A DNA stretch of 64,000 bases. Origin: Burkholderiales bacterium. Lineage in GTDB: Bacteria > Pseudomonadota > Gammaproteobacteria > Burkholderiales > SHXO01. The translations under genes were made by a program, and so were the position numbers. The stretch lies in the NCBI GenBank assembly GCA_035499005.1, contig DATJZQ010000075.1:6760-70759 (forward strand). The letters run 5' to 3'. A model generated the notes under the pieces. That model was not told where the DNA came from and ran no database searches. It saw only the letters and a program-made list of their open reading frames with translations. How positions within the stretch are numbered: the stretch's first letter is position 1; every line of letters starts with the position of its first letter. Positions 29,337 to 40,537 of the stretch are shown here, in pieces.

Positions 29337-32300
29337 ATGACCCTGCGCAATGTCTCGCTCGACGACAAGTACACGCTCGACACCGGCCGTATCTTCATCA
29401 CCGGCACGCAGGCGTTGGTCCGCATGCCCATGATGCAGCATCTGCGCGACCGGGCAGCCGGCCACGACACGGCCTGTTACGTCTCCGGCTATCGGGGCAG
29501 TCCTCTGGGCGGCTATGACCAGCAGCTCTGGAATGCAGCCAAGTTCCTCGAGGCACATCAGATCGTGTTTCAGCCTGGCGTGAACGAGGATCTCGCGGCC
29601 ACCGCCTGCTGGGGCACTCAGCAGGCGCACTTTCACGGCGAGAGCAAACACGATGGCGTGTTCGCCATCTGGTACGGAAAGGGCCCAGGTGTGGACCGCA
29701 GCGGCGATGCCTTCCGCCACGGCAACCTGGCCGGAACCCATCCGCTGGGAGGCGTTCTGGTGCTGATGGGTGACGATCACACCTGCGAGTCCTCGACCAC
29801 TGCGCATCAAAGCGAATTTGCGCTGGTCGACGCGATGATCCCGATCCTGAACCCCGCCGGCGTGCAGGAACTGCTCGACTACGGCATCTACGGCTGGGCG
29901 TTGTCGCGCTTCTCCGGCTGCTGGGTGGGGCTGAAGTGCATGAAGGACACCATCGATGCTTCTGCGGTGGTGGACGTGAGCTCGGAGCGGGTCCAGATCC
30001 GCGTGCCAACCGACTATACGCCTCCGCCAGGAGGTCTCAACATCCGCTGGCCCGATCCCCCGCTCGAGCAAGAGGCGCGGCTGCACAAGTACAAGATCGA
30101 GGCGGCAAGGGCGTTCGCGCGGGCCAGTGCGCTCGACCGCATCGTTGTCAACGCCGCGGACGCACGGCTCGGGATCATGACGTGCGGAAAATCCTACATG
30201 GATGTGCGTCAAGCGCTCCAGTATCTTGGAATAGACGATGCGGAGGCCAGACGCCTCGGCCTGCGCGTCTACAAAGTCGCGATGACGTGGCCGTTGGAGC
30301 CCGAAGGCGCATTGCGTTTTGCTCGCGGACTGCGCAAGGTGATCGTAGTCGAAGAGAAGCGCGCGCTGATCGAGCATCAGCTCAAGGAGATCTGCTACGG
30401 CAGGCCTGACATGCCGCAGATCGTCGGCAAGCGCGACGAGACGGGCCTACAACTGTTTCCCAGCAACGGCGCGCTCGACCCGAACCACATCGCCGCTGCC
30501 ATCGGCCGCCGCATTCTTGAGTACGCGCGCGACGCGCAGCTGGAGGCGCGGGTGGCCGAGCAGGAGCGGCTCGTGTCGCGTGTGGCGGAGAAGCCGGCCA
30601 TGGACCGCACACCGTATTTTTGCTCCGGCTGTCCGCACAACACCGGGACGCGCGTGCCGGACGGCAGCCGCGCCTTGGCCGGGATCGGTTGCCACTTCAT
30701 GGCGGTATGGATGGAGCGCAATACGGCCGGCTTCACGCAGATGGGCGGCGAAGGCGCCAGCTGGATGGGTGAGGCCCCGTTCGTGAAAACCAAGCACGTG
30801 TTCCAGAATATCGGCGACGGCACCTACTACCACTCCGGTCTGCTGGCGCTGCGCGCCACCGTTGCGTCGGGGGTGAATGTCACCTACAAGATCCTGTACA
30901 ACGACGCCGTCGCCATGACCGGCGGTCAACGGCTCGACGGCAATCTCACCGTGCCCCAGATCGCGGCGCAGGTTCTCGCCGAGGGTGCGGTCGCGTGCGC
31001 AGTGGTCACCGACGAGCCGCACAAGTACAGTGCAAATGCGGGGTTCCCGGCTGGAGTCGCCGTGTATCACCGTCGCGACTACGACCGGGTGCAGCGCGAG
31101 ATGCGGCAGGTCGAAGGCACTTCGGTGATCATCTATGATCAGACCTGCGCGGCAGAGAAGCGGCGCCGGCGCAAACGCAATCTGTATCCCGATCCGTCCA
31201 AACGCGTGCTGATCAACGATCTCGTGTGCGAGGGCTGCGGCGACTGTGGGGTCAAATCGAACTGCGTCTCTGTGCTTCCGCTGGAAACTGAGTTCGGCCG
31301 CAAGCGCACCATCGATCAGTCGTCGTGCAACAAGGACTACTCCTGCGTCGATGGCTTCTGCCCGAGCTTTGTCACAGTACACGGTGGACGGCTGCGCAAA
31401 GGCAGGCCGGCCCCGGCGGTGGAGGGCGACGCGAGACTGTTTGCAGCAGTTCCCGAGCCGCAGCTTCCTCCGCTGGACAGGCCCTACGGCATCATCGTCA
31501 CCGGCATCGGCGGTACCGGTGTGGTGACCATCGGCGCGATCGTGGGGATGGCTGCCAACCTGGAGGGAAAGGGATTCGCAGGATTGGACATGGCAGGACT
31601 GGCGCAGAAGGGTGGTGCGGTATGGAGCCATCTGCAGATCGCAGCGAACCCGGAGGACATCCGAACCGTGCGCCTCGGCGCGGGCGGAGCCAACCTGGTT
31701 CTAGGCTGCGATCTGGTTGTGAGCGCGAGTCAGAAGACCATCGACACGACGCGCTCGGGCGTCACTCACATGGTGGTCAACACGCACGAGCAGATGACCG
31801 GCGATTTCACGCGCAACGCCGACCTCGCGTTTCCGGGCGAGTCGCTTCGCCACTCGATCGGCAAGGCAGTAGGCGAGGATCGAGTTCATCTGGTCGATGC
31901 GACGCGCATAGCCACGGCGCTGCTGGGCGACAGCATCGCGACCAACATGTTCATGCTGGGACACGCCTTCCAGCGCGGCCTGGTGCCGGTATCGGCCGAA
32001 GCCATCAACCGAGCGATCGAGCTGAACGGGGCTGCGGTCAACATGAATCAGGCCGCGTTCTTGTGGGGGCGTCGCGCTGCGGTCGATCCCGCGGCGCTCG
32101 AACGCATGATCGCACCGGGGATGGACGGTGAGGGCAGCACCACGTTATCGCATTCGCTCGATGATGTCATCTCGCGTCGGGAGGTGTTTCTCACCGCCTA
32201 CCAGGATGCGGCGTACGCGCGCAGGTACCGGTCACTGGTGGAGAAAGTTCGAAGCGCGGAGAGCAACGCCGTCAAGAGCAGGAGCGGCCTCACCGAAGCC

Positions 32301-32807
32301 GTGGCCCGCTACTACTTCAAGCTCATGGCGTACAAGGACGAGTACGAAGTCGCGCGCCTCTTCACCCAGACTGGCTTTCACGAGCGGGTGAAGGAGCAGT
32401 TCGAGGGCGGCTACAAGTTACGCTTCCATCTGGCGCCGCCGCTTCTGGGTCGCCGCGACGAACGAGGTGAGCCCGTCAAGTCTGAATTCGGTCCTTGGAT
32501 GTTGAGCGCGTTCAAGCTGCTCGCGAAGCTCCGTCGTCTGCGTGGCACCGCACTCGATGTCTTTGGCTACACTGACGAGCGGCGCACGGAAAGGAGATTG
32601 ATCGAGGAGTACGCGCAGCTGCTCGATGAGCTCGTGGCCGGATTGCGGCCGGACAATCATGCACTGGCGGTCCAGATCGCGTCGATCCCGGAGGAGATCC
32701 GCGGTTACGGTCACGTGAAGATGCGCAGCCTGACGGCGGCAAGAGAGATGCAAACAAGGCTGCTCGCGGAGTTTCGCAACCCCGCCCAGCAGCGCGCGGC
32801 GGCCTGA
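29337..32807 (+). CDS. Indolepyruvate:ferredoxin oxidoreductase family protein (fused alpha/beta type)
   Basis: 1156 aa from ATG 29337. The N-terminus LDDKYTLDTGRIFITGTQALVRMPMMQ is typical of this family. A Cys cluster (CEGCGDCGVKSNC) is present, along with a C-terminal region I take, by family architecture, to be the beta-like domain. Confidence 0.85.
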   Translation: MTLRNVSLDDKYTLDTGRIFITGTQALVRMPMMQHLRDRAAGHDTACYVSGYRGSPLGGYDQQLWNAAKFLEAHQIVFQPGVNEDLAATACWGTQQAHFHGESKHDGVFAIWYGKGPGVDRSGDAFRHGNLAGTHPLGGVLVLMGDDHTCESSTTAHQSEFALVDAMIPILNPAGVQELLDYGIYGWALSRFSGCWVGLKCMKDTIDASAVVDVSSERVQIRVPTDYTPPPGGLNIRWPDPPLEQEARLHKYKIEAARAFARASALDRIVVNAADARLGIMTCGKSYMDVRQALQYLGIDDAEARRLGLRVYKVAMTWPLEPEGALRFARGLRKVIVVEEKRALIEHQLKEICYGRPDMPQIVGKRDETGLQLFPSNGALDPNHIAAAIGRRILEYARDAQLEARVAEQERLVSRVAEKPAMDRTPYFCSGCPHNTGTRVPDGSRALAGIGCHFMAVWMERNTAGFTQMGGEGASWMGEAPFVKTKHVFQNIGDGTYYHSGLLALRATVASGVNVTYKILYNDAVAMTGGQRLDGNLTVPQIAAQVLAEGAVACAVVTDEPHKYSANAGFPAGVAVYHRRDYDRVQREMRQVEGTSVIIYDQTCAAEKRRRRKRNLYPDPSKRVLINDLVCEGCGDCGVKSNCVSVLPLETEFGRKRTIDQSSCNKDYSCVDGFCPSFVTVHGGRLRKGRPAPAVEGDARLFAAVPEPQLPPLDRPYGIIVTGIGGTGVVTIGAIVGMAANLEGKGFAGLDMAGLAQKGGAVWSHLQIAANPEDIRTVRLGAGGANLVLGCDLVVSASQKTIDTTRSGVTHMVVNTHEQMTGDFTRNADLAFPGESLRHSIGKAVGEDRVHLVDATRIATALLGDSIATNMFMLGHAFQRGLVPVSAEAINRAIELNGAAVNMNQAAFLWGRRAAVDPAALERMIAPGMDGEGSTTLSHSLDDVISRREVFLTAYQDAAYARRYRSLVEKVRSAESNAVKSRSGLTEAVARYYFKLMAYKDEYEVARLFTQTGFHERVKEQFEGGYKLRFHLAPPLLGRRDERGEPVKSEFGPWMLSAFKLLAKLRRLRGTALDVFGYTDERRTERRLIEEYAQLLDELVAGLRPDNHALAVQIASIPEEIRGYGHVKMRSLTAAREMQTRLLAEFRNPAQQRAAA

Positions 32808-32869
32808 GCTTCAGCCGCGGAAACGCTCGGCTGCATCCGGTTCGATATCGCGCCCCGGTTCTCGCCGGA

Positions 32870-33622
32870 TCACGCGTCCGGAGCGATGAGGTCGATGCGA
32901 TCGGTGACGACCGCGCTCACACCACAGGTCAGAAGCTCGCGGATCAGCTCCGGCCGGTTGACCGTGTAGCACAATATGGGGATGCGCCCTGCGAGCCCCT
33001 CCACGGCCTGAGTCACGCCACGCTGATCGCAGTGCAGTGAGAAACAGCCGAGCGCTTCGACTTGCTCGAGCCAATCGTCGGGGACGATATCTACCAGCAG
33101 TCCGCGGAGAAGTTGCGGCGCGGCGGAGCGGGCTGCTTTCAAAGCCGCCGGGGAGAACGATGACAACAGCGGGAAAGTTCCGCCCGCCCAGCGCTGAAGC
33201 ACCTCTCGCGCAACCGCGGCGCCGGTTTCAGCTTCGCGCCCAGGGCAAGCTTTGATCTCGACATTCGGCCACAAGCCCAGCTCGGCACACAGCCGCAGCG
33301 CCGCAGTCAAAGTGGGGATGGTCTCTCCGGCAAAACGACTATCGCTCCAGCTCCCTGCGTCCAGACGTTTGAGCCCGGCCCAATCCGTCTGCGCGACCAG
33401 GCCGCGACCATTGGTAGTGCGATCGAGCGTTTCGTCGTGCATCAGCACGGCCACGCCGTCGCGCGTCAGCTTTGCGTCGAACTCTACTCCCCGGAAGCCG
33501 TATCCGGCGGCGGCACGCAGCCCCGCTAAGGTATTCTCCGGGGCGAGCGTGCCACCGCCCCGGTGAGCAAGCACGCGCGGGAAGGGCCAGACCGGGAGGG
33601 ATGCGCTGGTAGCGCGGGTCAT
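32870..33622 (-). CDS. ugpQ: Glycerophosphodiester phosphodiesterase
   Basis: GDPD-domain motifs AHRGGGTLAPENTL and GVEFDAKLTRDGVAVLMHD are present. The start was chosen at the second Met (complement 33622); the track ORF extends to 33652. Confidence 0.85.
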   Translation of the reverse strand: MTRATSASLPVWPFPRVLAHRGGGTLAPENTLAGLRAAAGYGFRGVEFDAKLTRDGVAVLMHDETLDRTTNGRGLVAQTDWAGLKRLDAGSWSDSRFAGETIPTLTAALRLCAELGLWPNVEIKACPGREAETGAAVAREVLQRWAGGTFPLLSSFSPAALKAARSAAPQLLRGLLVDIVPDDWLEQVEALGCFSLHCDQRGVTQAVEGLAGRIPILCYTVNRPELIRELLTCGVSAVVTDRIDLIAPDA

Positions 33623-33710
33623 GCCATTGGATTCGATACGTCCTGCCCCCATAAAGGGATCGGGGGTTGTCCGTTATAATGTTGTTTTTACGAGCATTCA
33701 GAGGTTTGAT

Positions 33711-34028
33711 ATGCCGATCTACGAATACCGCTGCACGGCCTGCGGCTTCGAAAAGGAGTATCTGCAAAAGCTCTCTGAGCCGGCAGTCACCGACTGCGAA
33801 AGCTGTGGCCGCTCAACCATGGCCAAACTCATCTCGGCCGCCGGTTTCCAGCTCAAAGGGAGCGGCTGGTATGCCACCGATTTCAAGAACAATGGTTCCA
33901 AGCCCAAAGCGGCGGAAGAGTCGAAGTCGGATGGGGCAAAAGCGGACAGCGCGACGTCTTCTGAATCGAGCAAATCAGCCGCCGAATGCGGTGCCGGCGC
34001 CTGCCCGGCCTGCCAGTCCGATACATGA
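33711..34028 (+). CDS. FmdB-family zinc-ribbon putative regulatory protein
   Basis: MPIYEYRCTACGFEKEYLQK...CESCG is the CxxC...CxxC zinc ribbon typical of the FmdB family. ATG 33711 lies inside track ORF 33621-34028. Confidence 0.85.
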   Translation: MPIYEYRCTACGFEKEYLQKLSEPAVTDCESCGRSTMAKLISAAGFQLKGSGWYATDFKNNGSKPKAAEESKSDGAKADSATSSESSKSAAECGAGACPACQSDT

Positions 34029-34059
34029 TACTGCACCGTGAAAGGGGAGCGCCCGCGCG

Positions 34060-34689
34060 GTGAGGAAGTATTTCATCACGGGCTTGCTGATCTGGGTCCC
34101 TCTGGTTATTACTCTATGGGTCTTGAATCTGATTGTCAGCACCATGGACAGCACGCTCCTGCTGTTGCCGGAATCCTTGCAGCCGAAGACGTGGCTCGGC
34201 TTCAACATTCCCGGTCTCGGTGTTGTCCTGACATTGCTCGTGCTGTTTCTGAGCGGCGTGTTCGCGGCAAACATTATCGGCCAGCGGTTGGTGCACTTCG
34301 GCGAAAGCGTGCTCGCTCGGATTCCGGTTGTAAAGACCATCTACAACAGCGTCAAGCAGGTCTCCGACACGCTGTTCTCGACGCAAGGCCAGGCTTTCCG
34401 CAAAGCGCTGCTGGTGCACTTCCCGCATAGCGAGGCCTGGACCGTAGCCTTTCTCACCGGTGCTCCGAGCGGTGAAGTCGCCGAAAGGCTGGGCGGCGAT
34501 TGCATCAGCGTTTATGTTCCCACGACGCCCAACCCCACATCAGGGTATTTTCTCATCGTGCCGCGCTCAGATGTCATCGAGCTTGAGTTGAGCGTCGACG
34601 AGGCGCTCAAATATGTCATCTCCATGGGTGTTGCCTCGCCGGCGGCGCCGCGTAGACTGATCGCGGGGAACGCCGCGCCCGACGCTTGA
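34060..34689 (+). CDS. DUF502-family membrane protein
   Basis: 209 aa. It has an N-terminal transmembrane pair, IPVVKTIYNSVKQVSD and PTTPNPTSGYFLIVPR, which are typical of DUF502. The position upstream of aspS is the conserved one. Confidence 0.8.
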   Translation: MRKYFITGLLIWVPLVITLWVLNLIVSTMDSTLLLLPESLQPKTWLGFNIPGLGVVLTLLVLFLSGVFAANIIGQRLVHFGESVLARIPVVKTIYNSVKQVSDTLFSTQGQAFRKALLVHFPHSEAWTVAFLTGAPSGEVAERLGGDCISVYVPTTPNPTSGYFLIVPRSDVIELELSVDEALKYVISMGVASPAAPRRLIAGNAAPDA

Positions 34690-34742
34690 GCTGCGTCGCG
34701 CGCATCCTTTGACCTGACCGAAGTTCTCTGCGGCGTTTCTCT

Positions 34743-36509
34743 ATGCGTACCAATTACTGCGGGCTGATCGACCGGAAGTATCTTGGGCAATCCGTCACCT
34801 TGTTCGGGTGGGTGCACCGCCGGCGCGATCACGGCGGCGTAATCTTTGTCGACCTCAGGGACCGGGAGGGGCTGGTGCAGGTTGTGTGCGACCCCGACAC
34901 GCCCCACACCTTCGCGATCGCCGATCGTCTGCGCGGGGAATTTGTGCTCCGCGTCGAGGGGAGCGTACGACCGCGCCCGCAGGGTACCGTCAACCCGAAT
35001 CTGCGAAGCGGCGAGATCGAGGTGCTGGCCGGCAGCATCGAGATTCTGAATGCTTCGCTTACGCCGCCGTTCCAGCTGGACGAGGAGAGCCTGAATGAGA
35101 ACGTGCGTCTGGAGCACCGCGTTCTGGATTTGCGCCGACCGCCGATGCAGCGCAACCTGCGGCTGCGCTACCAGGTGGCGATGAGCGTGCGCCGCTTTTT
35201 GGATGCGCACGGCTTCATCGATGTGGAAACGCCCATGCTGACCAAGTCCACGCCGGAGGGCGCGCGCGACTATCTGGTCCCAAGCCGCGTGCACGCCGGG
35301 CATTTCTACGCACTGCCGCAATCGCCGCAGCTGTTCAAGCAGCTGCTGATGGTGGCGGGGTTCGATCGCTATTACCAGATCACGAAGTGCTTCCGCGACG
35401 AGGATCTACGCGCCGACCGCCAGCCGGAGTTTACTCAGATCGACGTCGAAACCTCATTCCTTGGCATCGCCGAAATCACGGCGCTGATGGAGCAGATGCT
35501 GCGCACGGTGTTCAAAGAAGCTCTGGACGTCAGTCTCCCTGACCCGTTTCCGCGCATGAGCTACGCCCGCGCGCAGTCGCTGTATGGCTCGGACAAGCCA
35601 GACCTGCGGGTACCGCTCGTGCTCACTGAGCTCACTGACGTGATGAAAGAGGTCGAGTTCAAAGTATTCTCGAGTGCAGCGAATATGCCCGACGGACGCG
35701 TCGCCGCGCTGCGCGTCCCGAACGGCGGGCAGCTCACGCGCGGTGAGATCGACGCCTACGCGCAACTCGCCGCAATCCACGGCGCCAAAGGTCTTGCGTA
35801 CGTGAAGGTCAACGACGCCGCGCGCGGACGCGACGGCTTGCAGTCGCCGATCGTCAAGAATCTCTCCGATGGGGCCGTAGCGGCTCTCCTCGAGCGCACG
35901 GGCGCGCGCGACGGAGACCTTTTGCTTTTCGGAGCCGACAAGACGAAAGTCGTCAACGAGTCCCTCGGCGCGCTGCGGACGAAGATCGGCCATGACCGGG
36001 GCTTTGTGCAAGCCGGGTGGAAGCCGCTGTGGGTGCTCGATTTTCCTATGTTCGAGTGGAGCGACGACGAGAAGCGCTGGGATCCACTGCACCATCCGTT
36101 CACGGCGCCCATGGACGGTCACGAGGACTACTTGGACAACGATCCGGGTAAAGCTTTGTCCAAAGCCTACGACATTGTGCTCAATGGCTGGGAGATCGGC
36201 GGGGGCTCGGTGCGTATCCATCGCCAGGACGTGCAGGCAAAGGTGTTCGCGGCGCTTGGCATCGGCGCGGATGAGGCGCGCGCGAAGTTCGGATTTTTGC
36301 TCGACGCCCTCCAGTACGGCGCACCGCCTCACGGCGGTCTGGCGTTCGGCCTGGATCGCATCGTCGCGTTGATGGCCGGGGCCGAGTCGATCCGCGACGT
36401 GATCGCCTTCCCCAAGACACAGCGCGCGCAGGACCTGCTCACGCACGCGCCCGGTCCGGTGGACGAACGGCAGCTGCGCGAGCTTCATCTTCGGCTGCGT
36501 ACGCCGTAG
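34743..36509 (+). CDS. aspS: Aspartate--tRNA ligase
   Basis: 588 aa. [22 protein letters not shown], the class II motifs [18 protein letters not shown] and GGGSVRIH, and GLDRIVALM are all present. Confidence 0.97.
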   Translation: MRTNYCGLIDRKYLGQSVTLFGWVHRRRDHGGVIFVDLRDREGLVQVVCDPDTPHTFAIADRLRGEFVLRVEGSVRPRPQGTVNPNLRSGEIEVLAGSIEILNASLTPPFQLDEESLNENVRLEHRVLDLRRPPMQRNLRLRYQVAMSVRRFLDAHGFIDVETPMLTKSTPEGARDYLVPSRVHAGHFYALPQSPQLFKQLLMVAGFDRYYQITKCFRDEDLRADRQPEFTQIDVETSFLGIAEITALMEQMLRTVFKEALDVSLPDPFPRMSYARAQSLYGSDKPDLRVPLVLTELTDVMKEVEFKVFSSAANMPDGRVAALRVPNGGQLTRGEIDAYAQLAAIHGAKGLAYVKVNDAARGRDGLQSPIVKNLSDGAVAALLERTGARDGDLLLFGADKTKVVNESLGALRTKIGHDRGFVQAGWKPLWVLDFPMFEWSDDEKRWDPLHHPFTAPMDGHEDYLDNDPGKALSKAYDIVLNGWEIGGGSVRIHRQDVQAKVFAALGIGADEARAKFGFLLDALQYGAPPHGGLAFGLDRIVALMAGAESIRDVIAFPKTQRAQDLLTHAPGPVDERQLRELHLRLRTP

Positions 36510-36563
36510 ACGAAACACGAACCGGCCGGGCGGGCTGGAGAAAGCGGCTGTCGCGAGCTCGAG

Positions 36564-37004
36564 TTGATCCACAAGGTTCCAATCTCGGTCTTGGTGGTGG
36601 TCCACACGCCAGACCTTCAGGTGTTGCTGCTTGAACGAGCAGATCACCCGGGCTACTGGCAGTCGGTGACGGGTAGTCAAAACGCGGGGGAGACGCTGGA
36701 GCAGACCGCAGTGCGGGAGGTGCAGGAGGAGACGGGTCTGGACGCTCGGCAGTACTCCCTGGCCGATTGGCATCTGACCAACGAGTACGAAATCTTCCCA
36801 GAGTGGCGCTGGCGCTACGCGACGGGCGTCACGCATAACACCGAGCACGTGTTTGGGCTTGAGCTGGCGGCTCCTATTCCTGTGAGGGTCGCGCCGCGCG
36901 AGCATCTTGGGTTCGTCTGGTTGCCATGGCAGGAGGCGGCGCAACGCTGTTTCTCCTGGAGCAACGCCGCCGCGATCCGTAAACTGCAGGACAGAAGCAG
37001 CTGA
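36564..37004 (+). CDS. nudB: Nudix hydrolase, dihydroneopterin triphosphate diphosphatase-like
   Basis: 146 aa. The Nudix box GSQNAGETLEQTAVREVQEETGL is present, and the position after aspS is the conserved one. Confidence 0.8.
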   Translation: MIHKVPISVLVVVHTPDLQVLLLERADHPGYWQSVTGSQNAGETLEQTAVREVQEETGLDARQYSLADWHLTNEYEIFPEWRWRYATGVTHNTEHVFGLELAAPIPVRVAPREHLGFVWLPWQEAAQRCFSWSNAAAIRKLQDRSS

Positions 37005-37024
37005 CAGCTCGGCGCGGAGACGGA

Positions 37025-37843
37025 ATGCAAACATTGCACGTCCTGACTTACAACATTCACAAAGGCTTCGCTCAATTCAAGCGGCGCGTGAGCTTGCACG
37101 ACCTCAAAGACCGCCTGCAAACGGTGGAGCCGGACCTGGTATTTCTCCAGGAAGTGGTCGGCTTCCACGCCCGTCTGGCACGGCGACACGACGACTGGCC
37201 GACCGCTCCCCAGTATGAGTTTCTTGCGGATGCGGTCTGGCGGGATTTCGCCTATGGGCGCAACGCGGTGGTGGACGACGCGCATCACGGCAATGCGATC
37301 CTCAGCAAATTTCCGATCAAGCGCTGGGACAACGAGGATGTTTCCATGCACCGCTTGGAGCGGCGCGGGTTATTGCACTGCGAAATCGAAGTGCCGGGTT
37401 GGGATCAGCGGCTGCACACGATCAACGTGCACCTGGGGTTGCTGCGCGTGTGGCGAGAGAAGCAGCTGGAGGTGCTGGCGAGCCGCATCGAGCGTCTCGT
37501 GCCGCACTCCGCCCCACTGATCGTGGCTGGCGATTTCAACGATTGGACCCGGCGCGCAAGCGAATATCTCATGCGTGCGCTGAGCGTGTCGGAAGTGTTC
37601 GAAACCTATGGTCGAGGCCCGGCGCGCAGCTTCCCGGCTGTGTTGCCTGTGCTTCACCTGGATCGCATCTATGTGCGCGGGTTCCGGGTGCAGCTGGCGC
37701 ATGTGCATAGAGGGCCACATTGGGCGCGCGTCTCCGATCATGCCGCGCTCTCCGCGTTGCTGATACGCGATCACGCGAACCCGAAGCGCAGGGCGCGTGC
37801 ATCGGGCCGATCGGGCGCGCCGCCCGGCGCCTTCCCTGCATAG
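37025..37843 (+). CDS. Endonuclease/exonuclease/phosphatase (EEP) family protein
   Basis: 272 aa. VLTYNIHKG, LQEV, GNAILS, GDFND and SDHAAL are the spaced EEP catalytic motifs. Confidence 0.85.
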   Translation: MQTLHVLTYNIHKGFAQFKRRVSLHDLKDRLQTVEPDLVFLQEVVGFHARLARRHDDWPTAPQYEFLADAVWRDFAYGRNAVVDDAHHGNAILSKFPIKRWDNEDVSMHRLERRGLLHCEIEVPGWDQRLHTINVHLGLLRVWREKQLEVLASRIERLVPHSAPLIVAGDFNDWTRRASEYLMRALSVSEVFETYGRGPARSFPAVLPVLHLDRIYVRGFRVQLAHVHRGPHWARVSDHAALSALLIRDHANPKRRARASGRSGAPPGAFPA

Positions 37844-37923
37844 AGAGGCGACGCCGGACGAGCGCGTGGCATGGCGGTTGCTCGCTGGGAGCCGGTTAAG
37901 CCCCCAGTTCTGGAGAATCCGTC

Positions 37924-40167
37924 GTGCTCGGCTCGCTCAAGTCCAAACCCGAATCCCCCCAGCCACAGGTTCGCCTGTCCGCTCCCCTGCAGAGGGAACA
38001 GCTGCTGTGGATGCTGGGCAGCATCTGTCAACTGTTCCGGGTCCCGTTCGACGCGCGCTTGGTTGTCCAGCACTATCCACCGCCCTACACGGTGGGCAGT
38101 CTATGCGACGCCGCACACGCACTCGGCTTTCGCGTTCGCGAGCAACCGGTCTCGCGTGGTGGGCTGCAAACGCACGATCTGCCCGCCGTTGCCCTCGGCC
38201 GTAGAGACGGAGAAGCCCCAGCGCTGCTCCTGAAAACTGACGGCGAGCGGGTGTTGCTGTTTCGTGCCGGCGCTCAGAGCGGAGAGACGCTCAGCAGCGA
38301 GCAGTTCGGCAACCGGTACGAGCCGGTGCTGCTGGCCTTGGAGCGCGCCGAGAAGCAAGGTCGGCGTGCAGATGATGGCAGCCCGTCCGACTCGGCTGCA
38401 CGCGAGGATTTCGGCTTTGGCTGGTTCATCCCCGAATTGGCCAAGCACAAACGCATCTTTCGTGACGTGTTGCTGGCTTCTCTGGCCATACAGCTGATGG
38501 CGCTGACCACGCCGTTGTTCACTCAAGTGATCATCGACAAGGTGATCGTGCATCAAACCCACAGCACACTGACGGTGGTGGGTTTCGCACTGGTGATGTT
38601 CATGCTGTTCTCCACCGTCATGACCTGGTTGCGTCAGTACCTCGTGATCCACACCGGTAATCGCATCGATGCAGTGCTCGGGAGCCACGTGTTCGGGCAT
38701 CTTCTGCGTTTGCCTTTGCGCTATTTCGAGCAGCGGCCCACCGGGGTAATCGTGTCGCGCCTGCACGGTGTGGAGACGATCCGGGATTTTCTGTCCGGCG
38801 CTGCAGTATCGCTGGTCCTGGACCTCCCGTTTCTGCTCATTTTCCTGGGCGTGATGCTGTTCTACAGCTGGGAGCTGTCGCTTATCGCGCTGTGTTGTCT
38901 CGCGGCAATCAGCGTTCTGAGCCTGGCCGTGACACCCGTCTTTCGCGCCCGGCTCAATCGTCAGTTCCTGCTGGGCGCCCGTAACCAGGCCTTTGTCACC
39001 GAGTACGTAGCAGGAATGGCCACAGTCAAGAGTCTGCAGACCGAACCGCTACTCGAACGCCGCTACGGAGAATACCTGGCAAGCTACCTGGCGGCGGGTT
39101 TCTCCACTCGCCAGCTGGCCAATACCTTCAACGTGGTCGCTGGAACCCTCGAGCAGGCCATGACGTTGAGCATCTTGATCGTCGGTGCTCTGCTGGTCAT
39201 GCACAGCACCGGCTTCACGATCGGTATGCTCGTTGCGTTCCAGATGTTCGCCAATCGCATGTCTCAGCCCATGCTGCGCCTGGTCGGGCTGTGGCAAGAG
39301 TTTCAGCAAGCATCGGTGGCGGTCAAGCGCCTGGGCGATGTGATGAACCTGCCGACCGAGCCTTACGCTGTTGTGCCGGCCCGCAGCCGACATCGCGCGG
39401 GCCGCATCGAGATCATTGATCTCGGCTTCCGGTACAGCCCACAGCACCCGTTCGTCTATCGCAACCTGAACCTGAGCCTTAACCCTGGCCAGCTGACTTT
39501 ACTCACGGGCGCTTCCGGGTCGGGCAAGAGTACCCTGACGAAACTGTTGCTGGGGTTCTATCCGGCATCAGAGGGCCAGATACTCGTCGACGGCCGCGAC
39601 ATCCGAAATTTGTCTGCGAACGAACTGCGGCAATGCTTTGGAATGGTGCCGCAGGAAACCCTGCTGTTCGCTGGAACTGTCTACGACAACCTGGCGATGG
39701 CCGATCCTGGTGCCACCTTTGATCAGATAATGGATGCGTGCCGCAAAGCCGAGATCCATGAGGTCATCGAACGGTTGCCTCAGGGATACCAGACGGTGCT
39801 CGGCGAACACGGCGTAGGGCTGTCAGGCGGTCAGAGGCAGCGTATCGCCATTGCTCGCGCCCTGCTCAAGGAGCCTGCGGTCCTCGTGTTCGATGAGGCG
39901 ACCAGCAACCTGGACTTGGAGACGAGTGAACAGTTTGCGCAAACCATCAACCAGCTGAAAGGAGGTACCACAGTGTTGTTTATCTCGCACCAAGCGCCGC
40001 GCGGCCTGGCGTGTGACGCTGTCATCCGTCTCGGTGAGAAATCGGCTGCGGGATCCGAATCAAGCTCGGCAGCTGTGGTCCGCCCACTTGCGTTAGCCCC
40101 TCGACGTCACGGCGAAGCGCCCGAGGACGCCCTCTCCGCCGTTCAAGGTAGTGCTTATAACAGTTAA
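37924..40167 (+). CDS. Type I secretion system ABC transporter (HlyB family) with an N-terminal C39-like domain
   Basis: 747 aa with a GTG start. An N-terminal domain of about 150 aa precedes a six-helix transmembrane domain. Walker [11 protein letters not shown], signature LSGGQRQRIAIARAL and Walker B LVFDEATSNLD are present. I see no QxxxxxCG-type catalytic Cys motif in the N-terminal domain. Confidence 0.9.
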   Translation: MLGSLKSKPESPQPQVRLSAPLQREQLLWMLGSICQLFRVPFDARLVVQHYPPPYTVGSLCDAAHALGFRVREQPVSRGGLQTHDLPAVALGRRDGEAPALLLKTDGERVLLFRAGAQSGETLSSEQFGNRYEPVLLALERAEKQGRRADDGSPSDSAAREDFGFGWFIPELAKHKRIFRDVLLASLAIQLMALTTPLFTQVIIDKVIVHQTHSTLTVVGFALVMFMLFSTVMTWLRQYLVIHTGNRIDAVLGSHVFGHLLRLPLRYFEQRPTGVIVSRLHGVETIRDFLSGAAVSLVLDLPFLLIFLGVMLFYSWELSLIALCCLAAISVLSLAVTPVFRARLNRQFLLGARNQAFVTEYVAGMATVKSLQTEPLLERRYGEYLASYLAAGFSTRQLANTFNVVAGTLEQAMTLSILIVGALLVMHSTGFTIGMLVAFQMFANRMSQPMLRLVGLWQEFQQASVAVKRLGDVMNLPTEPYAVVPARSRHRAGRIEIIDLGFRYSPQHPFVYRNLNLSLNPGQLTLLTGASGSGKSTLTKLLLGFYPASEGQILVDGRDIRNLSANELRQCFGMVPQETLLFAGTVYDNLAMADPGATFDQIMDACRKAEIHEVIERLPQGYQTVLGEHGVGLSGGQRQRIAIARALLKEPAVLVFDEATSNLDLETSEQFAQTINQLKGGTTVLFISHQAPRGLACDAVIRLGEKSAAGSESSSAAVVRPLALAPRRHGEAPEDALSAVQGSAYNS

Positions 40168-40512
40168 CAGATTCAAATAGTTGCTGGCATGAGGCTTGCG
40201 AAATACGGCACCGCTGACATTGCGCGTCCAGAGTACAACCCGCAACGGCGCTAGCTGGGTCGCAAATAGGACGGCAGCATCGAGCCACTCCCCCCCGCGT
40301 TGCGCCGGTCAGTTCTCTCCTGGCTCGTCGGATCGCTCCTCCTGGGCCTTTCTCCGACCTTACAACGAATTGCAGGTGGGCTTGACACCAGCGCTCCGAA
40401 CTCTCTCGCGCGCGATGCGAGAGATGTCGCCAAGTAAAACCGTTTAACACACACGCGTTGCGTGGCATCTAGCTTGCGGCATCCTGTCTGCCGGCGGAGA
40501 CATCGTGTAATG

Positions 40513-40537
40513 ACGAAAGGAATTCGTGACCTTTCGT
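40513..40537. promoter_or_regulatory. 8-bp perfect inverted repeat in the long region upstream of the RTX gene, flanked by a TGCCGGCRGA direct repeat
   Basis: ACGAAAGG (40513-40520), a 9-nt loop, then CCTTTCGT (40530-37). It is flanked by TGCCGGCGGA (40489-40498) and TGCCGGCAGA (40541-40550). Confidence 0.3.
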